Positions 48,263-56,185 of a stretch of 64,000 nucleotides of DNA are shown one piece after another. The number at the start of each line of letters is the position of its first letter. Position 1 is the first letter of the stretch. This DNA is from a virus, in IMG/VR virus record IMGVR_UViG_3300037851_000865, positions 29,232 to 93,231 of that record; one strand, 5' to 3'. The position numbers were made by a program, and so were the translations under genes. The notes below the pieces were generated by a model that worked only from the letters and a program-made list of their open reading frames with translations, had not been told where the DNA came from and did not search any database.

Positions 48263-48833
48263 CATCGATTCACAGGTTATCCGGCGTAAAGACCTCGTAG
48301 AGCTCGGTGACGACTTCAAGCGAGCGCTGAGCCCCATCACGGTGGTCATCTCCCACCTAGAGCGTACGAATAAGGATGTACGTCTTACACGCCTGCTGGT
48401 CCTGCTTGTGGCCGCGCTGGCTGCTGTGGTGCTTGTCGTCCTGTTTCTTGTAGTAAGGCAAGTAGCAGGTGTTGTTCAGCAGGTAGAGGGTCTCCACAGC
48501 CGGGGCGTGGTTGCTGTCGAGGAGCTGGAGAAGCTCACCGTCGCAGTAACACAAGCAAAGGCGAGCACAGAGCGTGTGGAGGAGGCTAGTAAGTCTCAGT
48601 CTACTCTTCAGCTGGTTGCTGAGACTGACCCTGTGAGGGCCCGGAAGGCGCCTGTCAAGCTTGTCATTCAGCCCCCGGCTGCTTCGACATCTTCGCCCCC
48701 AGAGAAGAAGCCCGTAATGTCTACGGGCTTTGGGAGTGCCCCGCGCTCGGCTAGCATGAAAGAAGTTCCCGAGTCCCCGGTTCCGCCGATGCCTCCGCTA
48801 GAAATACCCATCACAGATTTAGGGCCAAGATGA
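48243..48833 (+). CDS. Single-pass membrane protein with coiled coil and Pro-rich tail; spanin-like candidate
   Basis: LLVLLVAALAAVVLVVLFLVV TM segment. Confidence 0.55.
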   Translation: MHEKISDIDSQVIRRKDLVELGDDFKRALSPITVVISHLERTNKDVRLTRLLVLLVAALAAVVLVVLFLVVRQVAGVVQQVEGLHSRGVVAVEELEKLTVAVTQAKASTERVEEASKSQSTLQLVAETDPVRARKAPVKLVIQPPAASTSSPPEKKPVMSTGFGSAPRSASMKEVPESPVPPMPPLEIPITDLGPR

Positions 48834-49753
48834 ATCAGCCAAACCCACAGCTTCTTCAGCGATACGGTACCAGCGACTTCTACCTAGGTAACTTGGAGAA
48901 GAAGGCCAACACACCGTCTTTGACGCAGCTACTGGGCGCGGGAGGCACAGCAATGCTGCTTCGAGCTCAGGGTGAGCACCAGGAGCGACAAGTACAGGAG
49001 GCGGTTGTGATGACCGCTATGCTGCGAGAGCTGGCGGCACGTAAACAGCAGGGTGTCATCGCAGGCTTGTCCGGAAAAGGTGCCGCCCTCTCTGCGTCAG
49101 GCAGGGCCGCACAAGCACTGAACGAGATGCGCCAGTACCAGTCGATGATGTCTCTTTTGGACAAGCGTGCGAGCGCTGCACAAGAGGAGCTAGAGAAAGA
49201 AGCTTTTGTTGGCAGGCTGATGGCTTCTGCGGGTAAGGGGCTGGGTTCCATGGGTCGCGGGCTTGCAGGTACCGCGGCACAGCAGGCAGTAGGTAAGGGA
49301 CTCGCTCCTGGTATCGGCAATAGCTTGCGTGAGATGGGGGCGAAGATGCAGGCTACGGGTATGCGCCTTGACCGGCACGGATTTGGTGCTCAGGGGCGTC
49401 TCTCCCAGGCCATGGCTGAACAGGGCATGAAGCTTCCTGGCGCTGCTCGCGCCCCCGCTGCAGGTGCTGCTCGTGCAGCCGCACCTGCGGTGAAGGGTGC
49501 CCCCGGTATTCAGGGAGCCGCACAAGCGGCAGTTCAAAGCAAAGGCCCAGGAGTGCTCCAAGGAGTCAAGGATGCGCTAACCCCCGGGTGGAAAACCAAG
49601 GCTGGTCTCATCGCTGGGGGTCTCGGTGCTGCGTATCTCGGGTACAAAGGCCTGCAGGCAGTCAAGGACTACATGATGATGCCTTCTGGAGGGCATCATC
49701 CAGGCATGCTGCCTGGGCGTCTTAACGAGTACGGATACGTCAATCCCTACTGA
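48830..49753 (+). CDS. Putative internal/ejection protein: K-x-A motifs then a cationic amphipathic Gly-rich region
   Basis: EKKAN, DKRAS, EKEA-FVGRLMASAGKGLG...; AGLIAGGLGAAYLGYKGL. Confidence 0.7.
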   Translation: MNQPNPQLLQRYGTSDFYLGNLEKKANTPSLTQLLGAGGTAMLLRAQGEHQERQVQEAVVMTAMLRELAARKQQGVIAGLSGKGAALSASGRAAQALNEMRQYQSMMSLLDKRASAAQEELEKEAFVGRLMASAGKGLGSMGRGLAGTAAQQAVGKGLAPGIGNSLREMGAKMQATGMRLDRHGFGAQGRLSQAMAEQGMKLPGAARAPAAGAARAAAPAVKGAPGIQGAAQAAVQSKGPGVLQGVKDALTPGWKTKAGLIAGGLGAAYLGYKGLQAVKDYMMMPSGGHHPGMLPGRLNEYGYVNPY

Positions 49754-49754
49754 A

Positions 49755-50351
49755 CTACTTCTGCCACCACATTGTAGAGGGCGCGTCCATCGGGATGTCA
49801 GGCACGTTCGTTAGCGGGACGTGCTTGCCGTCTTCTCGGTATTCGAGCTCAACATCATCATCGCTCATCAGTTCCTGGTGTGTCAGGTGCTCCACCGCTG
49901 AGTGTGGCTGCGAGTCGAGCTTGTTGTTGTCGAATTGCTTCTGGGAGTGCCTCGGTGATGCGTACTCGATTGTCGCCAGGTCCAGGAGTTGTAGTTCCTC
50001 TGGACTCAAATCCGACAGAAGACGAGTTCCATGTGACAGCTGCTGAATCAGTTCGGCTGTTGCGGCGTCGAACCTTCTTGGGTCCTCCAAGTATTCCCGT
50101 AACAAGATTTTGGGGTCGCCAACTAGGGCCGTGAACAAGCTCTGCTTTCCGAACAGACTCCCGCTGGGAGCGGAGGTCTGCTGCTGAATCTCCTTTGCAT
50201 CTTGCTGCGCCATTTCGAAGAATGTCGGCAAGGTCAGAGCCGTCGGTGGCTGCAATGGCTGCAAGTCTTTCAGGGCTAAAAAATCTGGGTACCCTGCTTC
50301 GAGCATCGTTGGCGACAAGTTCACTGTAGTATTCGTCGATTTCGGCTGCAT
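49755..50351 (-). CDS. Hypothetical protein (overlaps next ORF in another frame)
   Basis: 198 aa, AGAAGG RBS, natural-looking C-terminal half. Confidence 0.6.
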   Translation of the reverse strand: MQPKSTNTTVNLSPTMLEAGYPDFLALKDLQPLQPPTALTLPTFFEMAQQDAKEIQQQTSAPSGSLFGKQSLFTALVGDPKILLREYLEDPRRFDAATAELIQQLSHGTRLLSDLSPEELQLLDLATIEYASPRHSQKQFDNNKLDSQPHSAVEHLTHQELMSDDDVELEYREDGKHVPLTNVPDIPMDAPSTMWWQK

Positions 50352-50538
50352 GGGTTACGACCTTCTCTGCAACGATAGCACTTACCACGTCGGAGAGGCT
50401 GAGTATTGGCTGGTCTGGGTTCTTCGAGAGAGATGCTGCGTCGTAGATGCGTGAGGCGCAGTAGCGCGGGAGCATCCGCGCTACTGCCCTCGGCAGTTTC
50501 AAGACGATTGTCGTGTACTCGTAGTCGTCTTCGGACAT
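49858..50538 (-). CDS. Hypothetical protein with RHH-like N-terminus (overlaps previous ORF by 494 nt)
   Basis: TTIVLKLPRAVARML; natural-looking N-terminal ~110 aa. Confidence 0.5.
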   Translation of the reverse strand: MSEDDYEYTTIVLKLPRAVARMLPRYCASRIYDAASLSKNPDQPILSLSDVVSAIVAEKVVTHAAEIDEYYSELVANDARSRVPRFFSPERLAAIAATDGSDLADILRNGAARCKGDSAADLRSQRESVRKAELVHGPSWRPQNLVTGILGGPKKVRRRNSRTDSAAVTWNSSSVGFESRGTTTPGPGDNRVRITEALPEAIRQQQARLAATLSGGAPDTPGTDER

Positions 50539-50553
50539 GCCGGAAAAGTACTA

Positions 50554-50811
50554 CTACACGAATGGTAGTGCCAGCTGCTTCTGCTCACGCTGCCAGCGGG
50601 CGGGAAGAAACCCACCCTTTACAAGCCACTCGTCCAGGTCTTCCAGGCCGAAGACAAGGCACGTCAGTGCTTGTTGAAGGTCAGTGTTTCCTTTCTTCGT
50701 CTCAGACACTATCGCGTCTAGCAGCGCCGCCTCTGGGTCAGGCGCCTCCATCACAAGCTTCAACGTGTCTTTGGCGGCGAGCAGTTGCGTAAGGGTTGCG
50801 TTAGGGTCCAT
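50554..50811 (-). CDS. Small phage hypothetical protein (MDPNATL...WLxKGGFLP..W type)
   Basis: 85 aa, AAGGAG RBS. Confidence 0.75.
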   Translation of the reverse strand: MDPNATLTQLLAAKDTLKLVMEAPDPEAALLDAIVSETKKGNTDLQQALTCLVFGLEDLDEWLVKGGFLPARWQREQKQLALPFV

Positions 50812-51043
50812 GCTTTCTCCTTTGTCCTTGTAGTTTGTATTTCAGCGCATCTGCCGCAGCGCAGCCTGTGGCAGCTTCTTCGTCTTCGTCGTCGAAAGGC
50901 TCGTGCGCGAATCCGTCGCGGCGGTACTTAGGCGAACTTCGCCAATACGTGCTATCATCCAAGGCAGTGATGAGGGTCTCGAACTCTGCCTCAGAGACGT
51001 AGAGCTTGATGTCCTTTTTGGTCTGTTTGTCTTCACTGGTCAT
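50801..51043 (-). CDS. Small hypothetical protein
   Basis: 80 aa from ATG 51043 with GAGG RBS, just downstream of promoter motif copy 4. Confidence 0.7.
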   Translation of the reverse strand: MTSEDKQTKKDIKLYVSEAEFETLITALDDSTYWRSSPKYRRDGFAHEPFDDEDEEAATGCAAADALKYKLQGQRRKHGP

Positions 51044-51057
51044 GCGGTCCTCACTTC

Positions 51058-51086
51058 TCTTATCGCTCAAAGTGCGCGAGAATTGT
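51058..51086 (-). promoter_or_regulatory. Candidate phage promoter ACAA-N19-ATAAGA (copy 4)
   Basis: Plus strand TCTTAT 51058-51063, 19 nt, TTGT 51083-51086. Confidence 0.65.
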
Positions 51087-51117
51087 GCTCCGCATCGTTT
51101 TCTAAGGAGAAACACAA

Positions 51118-51810
51118 ATGAACGGTTCTGGTATCTACGACAACAATCCCCGTCAGCGTCGCTTCACGGAAGGCGGCGGCGTTCAAGGCGAAATCGGTGA
51201 GCTCCGCAAGGACCTCCGCCACGTCAGTGCCCTCGCGGCACTCACCGTCGAGGAGTACACCAACGCTCTCGCTGGCGGAGCAGCCACACTCAAGGCCGCT
51301 ACCGCAACGGTGGCATCCGAGGTTGTACTTCTTCCCGCAGACCTCCTTCAGCCTGCGCTGTTGAATCTCGCGGTTGCGCCCCGCAAGCTCACCTTCACGA
51401 CCGCAGGTGCTACTCCCGCAAACGCTCCCGCCAGTGTCACCATCAAAGGCACTAACGCGCAAGGCGAATCGCAGAGCGAAGTACTTGTTTTGGCACAGAC
51501 AGCTGCTGCTGTGACTAGCGCCAAGTTCTACGCGAGCATCGAATCGCTCACGTACCCGGCTGCTGACGGCACCGCGGCCACGGTGGCTATCGGAACGGAA
51601 GCCACCAAGATTGGTCTCACCTACGCTCCGAAGGCGCGCGCAGGACTCACTACGCACCTCTTCAAAGAGATTTCAGCAGGCGCTGTTGTTACCACAGGTG
51701 CGCTTACGACTCCGGCCGCCGACGCGCCGTTTGGGGCATACGTGCCCGCGGCAGCACCGAATGGAACGGTGGATTACGCCATCTACTATGAGTTCGACCC
51801 GAGCATCTGA
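51118..51810 (+). CDS. Ala/Thr-rich putative virion decoration protein
   Basis: 230 aa, AAGGAG RBS, beta-rich composition. Confidence 0.6.
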   Translation: MNGSGIYDNNPRQRRFTEGGGVQGEIGELRKDLRHVSALAALTVEEYTNALAGGAATLKAATATVASEVVLLPADLLQPALLNLAVAPRKLTFTTAGATPANAPASVTIKGTNAQGESQSEVLVLAQTAAAVTSAKFYASIESLTYPAADGTAATVAIGTEATKIGLTYAPKARAGLTTHLFKEISAGAVVTTGALTTPAADAPFGAYVPAAAPNGTVDYAIYYEFDPSI

Positions 51811-51829
51811 TTGCTGTAGTCTGTGACGC

Positions 51830-52609
51830 ATGTCACTAGAGAGCATCAAGAAAGGCGCCCGAGGGGAAGCAGTTGCCGACTGGCAGTACTTCCTTCTCGG
51901 GCGTGGCATTTACAAGGGCGAGGTTCACGGGGAGTTTGACGATGCGACGCATCGAGCTACTGTGGCCTTTCAGAAAAACAACAATCTCAGCCCTGTTGAT
52001 GGCTGGGTAGGGACGAGTACCTATGCGGTTGCGCTGGGTCTCGGCTTCGACCCGCTCGTCTACACGTTAGAGAACTCGAAGGACTTTCCTGGTCCGCCCG
52101 ACTTCAAGCCGTTGACGGTAGCAGAGAAGCATAAACTGTTCGGTACCATTCAGTTCGTCGACGCGCCTACGAAGAGCAATCCAGAGGCGGTGCGAATCTC
52201 AAACGGCTGGGAGAAGAACATCACGCAAGTCAGCATTCCTCAGCTGGTGGGCCTCGAGGGTACAGGGCGCGCCAAGACCTTCTCGTTTCACAAAAAGATT
52301 GCTGAGCAGGTGCAGGCGCTATTCCAGGCCTGGGACGACGCAGGTCTGAAGAAGTACCTGCTCACCTACGCAGGTGACTGGGCGCCCCGGTATGTCAGAG
52401 GGTCCAGAACTACACTGAGCTCTCACGCTTGGGGGACGGCTTTCGATATCAATGCGGCCTGGAATATGCGTGGGAGCCGCGCAGCCGCCAGAGGAACAGA
52501 AGGGTCTGTGCGTGAGCTTGTGTTGATTGCCTATGAGCACGGGTTCTATTGGGGAGGGTACTTCCAGCAAACAGATGGCATGCATTTCGAGGCTACAAAG
52601 ATTTTGTAG
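51830..52609 (+). CDS. Endolysin: peptidoglycan-binding domain plus M15-family zinc peptidase
   Basis: IKKGARGEAVADWQ...GEFDDAT...FQKNNNL..DGWVG; SSHAWGTAFDIN; DGMHFE. Confidence 0.9.
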   Translation: MSLESIKKGARGEAVADWQYFLLGRGIYKGEVHGEFDDATHRATVAFQKNNNLSPVDGWVGTSTYAVALGLGFDPLVYTLENSKDFPGPPDFKPLTVAEKHKLFGTIQFVDAPTKSNPEAVRISNGWEKNITQVSIPQLVGLEGTGRAKTFSFHKKIAEQVQALFQAWDDAGLKKYLLTYAGDWAPRYVRGSRTTLSSHAWGTAFDINAAWNMRGSRAAARGTEGSVRELVLIAYEHGFYWGGYFQQTDGMHFEATKIL

Positions 52610-52614
52610 CTTTT
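52592..52614 (+). terminator. Intrinsic terminator overlapping the endolysin stop
   Basis: GCTACAAA-GAT-TTTGTAGC-TTTT. Confidence 0.65.
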
Positions 52615-52618
52615 CCTC

Positions 52619-52670
52619 TTGACCTGTGCTGTTGTATTTCTACAACTACAGTCTGGAACAGGGAACAAGA
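52619..52670 (+). promoter_or_regulatory. Overlapping sigma70-like promoter (TTGACC-N16-TACAAC) and phage-motif variant ACAA-N19-ACAAGA (copy 5)
   Basis: TTGACC 52619-24, TACAAC 52641-46; ACAA 52642-45, ACAAGA 52665-70. Confidence 0.5.
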
Positions 52671-52712
52671 GCCCTGACGTACTGTTTGCCCACATAGGGT
52701 GAAGGAGAAACC

Positions 52713-53483
52713 ATGCCCACGTACAAGATGATGAGCGTTGCGGACTTCCGCACAAAGATGAAGAACGGTGATTACGACTCTGCTGGCGGCGCACGTAAGG
52801 CCATCGGCAAGATGAAGGAGTGGAGCGAGGCTGACCGCGATACCGCCAAGTCGTTCGTCGCAAAGCACTTCGGTGAGGATGCTCCCGCCAAGAAGACGGA
52901 AGGACGCAAGCCTCGTCCGGAGAAGAAGGCGGCGAAGAAGGTTGCTGCGAAGGCAAAGCCTGCCAAGGCAGAGAAGGCTACCAAGGCGGCAAAGCCGGCC
53001 AAGGCAGAGAAGAAGATTGCAGCCAAGCCGGCTGCTAAGGTCAAGCCGGAGAAGAAGGCTGCTGCGGCGAAGACCAAAGCAGTGAAAGCAAAGATGCAGG
53101 CGACGATGCTCGAAGACGACGGAACGTTTCGTGACCGTCTCACGGAGTACCAGGATGCGGTCGGCGTCTACAAGGACGCAGCAGACACCTTGAAGAAGTG
53201 CGAGTCCGAAGGTCTCAACGTCTCCGAGGGGCTGAAGACCTGCGCAGACGGGCTTTCGGCACTCATCAAGGGCATGGACAAGCACATTGTTCAGCCGCTG
53301 ACGAGTCAGGAGCAGGCAGGCGCTGAGCTGTTCGCAAAGGCGGCTGCGATTGCACCGCCTGTTGTGGCCCCGTTCAGCTCTGATGACGAAGAGCCCTCGT
53401 TCAACCACACGTTCAACGGAGCGCCTCCGGCGTTCCCGACGGCAGGTGTGGTGCCTCCGCGTCTTCCCGGCGCATCCGCATAA
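52713..53483 (+). CDS. Histone H1-like Lys/Ala/Pro-rich DNA-binding protein
   Basis: KKAAKKVAAKAKPAKAEKATKAAKPAKAEKKIAAKPAAK... flanked by helical domains; AAGGAG RBS. Confidence 0.75.
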   Translation: MPTYKMMSVADFRTKMKNGDYDSAGGARKAIGKMKEWSEADRDTAKSFVAKHFGEDAPAKKTEGRKPRPEKKAAKKVAAKAKPAKAEKATKAAKPAKAEKKIAAKPAAKVKPEKKAAAAKTKAVKAKMQATMLEDDGTFRDRLTEYQDAVGVYKDAADTLKKCESEGLNVSEGLKTCADGLSALIKGMDKHIVQPLTSQEQAGAELFAKAAAIAPPVVAPFSSDDEEPSFNHTFNGAPPAFPTAGVVPPRLPGASA

Positions 53484-53504
53484 CAAGCCACCGGCCCAGT
53501 AAGT

Positions 53505-53545
53505 GCCCGTCACCTGTTTTACAGTTGGCGGGCGTTTGCTATTTT
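53505..53545 (+). terminator. Probable intrinsic terminator
   Basis: GCCCGTCA...TGGCGGGC stem, then GTTTGCTATTTT. Confidence 0.55.
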
Positions 53546-53550
53546 GAGCC

Positions 53551-53832
53551 ATGAACAAAGTCATGCGGCAGTTCAGACACGACCTTCTTCAGTGGGAGGC
53601 TCGTATGCGCCGCGCAGGGTACTTGACCTCTATCGAAGTTCGTGACCTTTCTGATGGAGAGTTCGAGCTAGTAGGAAAGTGGAACGGAGGGGAGTTTGTA
53701 CAGGCGTTCACGCGCCAGTATGTAATGGGTCCTCTCATGTTACGAACAACGGCGCAGCAACGTCCGCAGCGTCGTGTGTGTTGGTTCAGGGACGAGTTCG
53801 TAAGGAGAGCGTTAGCTGCAAGAGGAGTATGA
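53551..53832 (+). CDS. Hypothetical protein
   Basis: 93 aa, coupled to the next gene. Confidence 0.65.
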   Translation: MNKVMRQFRHDLLQWEARMRRAGYLTSIEVRDLSDGEFELVGKWNGGEFVQAFTRQYVMGPLMLRTTAQQRPQRRVCWFRDEFVRRALAARGV

Positions 53833-54023
53833 AGAAGGGAATCTACTGCACATCATTCTGCAATCACGGCCACAGACTGGAGGACGGTAAGCCCGTCAAG
53901 CACGAGTGCTATGTACTTCCTACGGAAGCTTTGCACGCAGAGCAGAGAGGCGACCACGCTCGAGCAAAAGAAGTGCTTAGTACGTGGAAGAAGCGCAAGG
54001 TACACAACGGGGTCTACTCATGA
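53829..54023 (+). CDS. Small Cys/His-rich hypothetical protein
   Basis: MKKGIYCTSFCNHGH...HEC; GAGGAG RBS; ATGA overlaps. Confidence 0.7.
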   Translation: MKKGIYCTSFCNHGHRLEDGKPVKHECYVLPTEALHAEQRGDHARAKEVLSTWKKRKVHNGVYS

Positions 54024-54226
54024 CGTTCCCTGACAACGCCGTCTTTGAGGACGTGCACATCTCCAAACTGCGCGCAGGTGATATGGTCGTGCACGACAGT
54101 TGCCTGAAAACAGTCTGTTCGAAGGACATCAGGTACAACAGCTTCATGGGGCTTACCCTCTGGGGCGACAGTTACAAGCTAGGAACCGTCCCAGTCAGGA
54201 GGCTGAAATGCTTTTGGGTCTCGTAG
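54020..54226 (+). CDS. Small hypothetical protein
   Basis: 68 aa from ATG 54020 (ATGA overlap). Confidence 0.65.
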   Translation: MTFPDNAVFEDVHISKLRAGDMVVHDSCLKTVCSKDIRYNSFMGLTLWGDSYKLGTVPVRRLKCFWVS

Positions 54227-55008
54227 GAAGAAGCATCGACCCAACGGGTGCGATGTGTAGTCTCGGTACAGGCAAGGACACGGTCGCTGACTTTCTCGTC
54301 GCAGGGGAGACCTTTGCCAAGATTGGTCTGGCTGACCCTCTGAAACGTTTCGTTCGCGATGTGTACGGCTTCACGAGAGAGCAGCTGTGGGGGCCTAGCT
54401 CTGAGCGCAACCGTATCGACACCAGGTACCCAAGAGCGCAACATATCTGGATACCGACAGACAACTTGCATGAGGAGGTGTGTGAGTGCTGTGGCATCAC
54501 CCGTCGTCCCAACCTCAAGTACGACTCCTTTCCAGGATGCTTTCTCACTCCTCGCTTCGCCCTTCAGAAGCTCGGTACAGAATGGGGACGACACTGCTGG
54601 GAAGACACTTGGATACACAAGGCGGTAGACGAAGCGCTCAGCCTGATGGACGACCCGGAGTACCACATGTACGACCCTGAAGAGGGTGTGGTCAATCGCA
54701 TGGAAGACACGTACGACCGAGAGAACGCACCAGAAGGACCCATCAACGGTGTTGTGTTCTCGGACATACGCTTCAAGAATGAAGTGCAGCACATCAAGGC
54801 GTCGGGCGGGAAGATTGTACTGGTCTACCGTGAGGTCGACAAAGTGGCGGCTTCCGCGAAGGACATGGCGCATCAGTCAGAAAACGATTTGAATGAGTAT
54901 GGTCTCGACAACCCCTTGTGGGATGCTGTCGTTCGAAACGACAGTGGCATAGAGGCCCTCTCAGGCAAAGTACAAGAATGCCTAGCACTCCTTCGCATAC
55001 AGAAGTAG
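54208..55008 (+). CDS. Deoxynucleoside monophosphate kinase (T4 gp1-like)
   Basis: GTGKDTVA, LADPLK, RFALQKLGTEWGR, VFSDIRFKNE, HQSE; AGGAGG RBS before ATG 54208. Confidence 0.88.
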   Translation: MLLGLVGRSIDPTGAMCSLGTGKDTVADFLVAGETFAKIGLADPLKRFVRDVYGFTREQLWGPSSERNRIDTRYPRAQHIWIPTDNLHEEVCECCGITRRPNLKYDSFPGCFLTPRFALQKLGTEWGRHCWEDTWIHKAVDEALSLMDDPEYHMYDPEEGVVNRMEDTYDRENAPEGPINGVVFSDIRFKNEVQHIKASGGKIVLVYREVDKVAASAKDMAHQSENDLNEYGLDNPLWDAVVRNDSGIEALSGKVQECLALLRIQK

Positions 55009-55034
55009 AAGGGTCCCTTCGGGGATTCTTCTTT
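55007..55034 (+). terminator. Intrinsic terminator with UUCG tetraloop
   Basis: AGAAGGGTCCC-TTCG-GGGATTCTTCT-TT. Confidence 0.8.
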
Positions 55035-55078
55035 AGCCCAGAAACAGCAACTGCTAGACTCCGTGCTGGAGAAACACA

Positions 55079-55477
55079 ATGACAGACCCTCTCACATTCA
55101 CGTTGGACCGTCAGGAGTACGAAGCCTTGATTGGCTTCGCTCGCCAGGCCACTCTCAAGTCTGATGGTCAGGTGGACCACGAGAAGGCGCTGCGCTTGGA
55201 CATGTTCCTGCAGAGCATCGAGAAGAAGAACGGCATCACGCGCCACATCATCTGGGTGCAGTGGCAGGAACTTGATGCCCCGCTGCCGCCTAACACGCGC
55301 TTTCCTGATGTGTGGCCGCCGAACCTTCGTATTCGCATCGAGCAGGTTACAAGGCCCATCAGCCGCGCAGACATCGACCAAGTGCTTGCCGAGAACGCCA
55401 AGAAGCCAATCAGCGTGCTCTTCACGCGAGACCCGGGAGCCCGTTATGGATGGACAGAACTTGACCAGTACACCTGA
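55079..55477 (+). CDS. Hypothetical protein
   Basis: 132 aa, GGAG RBS. Confidence 0.75.
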   Translation: MTDPLTFTLDRQEYEALIGFARQATLKSDGQVDHEKALRLDMFLQSIEKKNGITRHIIWVQWQELDAPLPPNTRFPDVWPPNLRIRIEQVTRPISRADIDQVLAENAKKPISVLFTRDPGARYGWTELDQYT

Positions 55478-55739
55478 GCTTGTCGACCCTTCTAAGGTCA
55501 TCATGTCGGCCTCTGGCGGCAGCGTAGTACGCGTTGAGACTACGATGGGCGCTCAGTATGTGTTTCCTGACATGGACGGCCCGGCAGTGAAGGCTGTGAT
55601 TCCTGAGTCTGGGCGCATCCTTGCCAACCAGCCATCTCTGATGCTGACCAACGTTAGCCTCGCTGTTCTGTTGGTGCCCTTTCGCATCATCAAGACCATT
55701 CACGTCGGAGAGGAGCTTGTATGGGCCTTCCGTGCATGA
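55446..55739 (+). CDS. Hypothetical protein
   Basis: 97 aa from ATG 55446 with GGAG RBS. Confidence 0.65.
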   Translation: MDGQNLTSTPELVDPSKVIMSASGGSVVRVETTMGAQYVFPDMDGPAVKAVIPESGRILANQPSLMLTNVSLAVLLVPFRIIKTIHVGEELVWAFRA

Positions 55740-56185
55740 ACTGCAAAGTCGACGTCGGCGCAGACAGCGGTAAGTTCTTCGCACAAGCTTTTGTTTGTGC
55801 TGACTGCTTCCGCGTCGCCGAACGCATCTTCGTACAAGGCAACGCTGAAATTGAACAGCTTCGTACCACTCTTCGTGAGGTGATTCGTTTGGCAATCATC
55901 CAGGGCCAGCTCTCTTTTCCAGAGGCACAGGCTGTTGATGAAAACCGCGGTGAGATTCCGCAGAAGAAGGCCCTAGAAGCGGTCTTCGCTATGATGAAGA
56001 AATGCCCACCGACATCAAAGACCCGCTCGACGGAGATTACGAGGCAGCCTGCACCCACCCAGGCTGCGGCTGGACCAACAAGTTCAGAATGCAAGCCAAT
56101 CTCCTCAACACAGGAGACAGCATCCCCAGAGACCCCACCAATGGAGAGTTCGGAAAATGCAGGAAGTGCAAAAGACACAGTTTGA
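55721..56185 (+). CDS. Zinc-finger hypothetical protein
   Basis: CMNC...CADC; disordered C-terminus overlapping the next ORF. Confidence 0.6.
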   Translation: MGLPCMNCKVDVGADSGKFFAQAFVCADCFRVAERIFVQGNAEIEQLRTTLREVIRLAIIQGQLSFPEAQAVDENRGEIPQKKALEAVFAMMKKCPPTSKTRSTEITRQPAPTQAAAGPTSSECKPISSTQETASPETPPMESSENAGSAKDTV

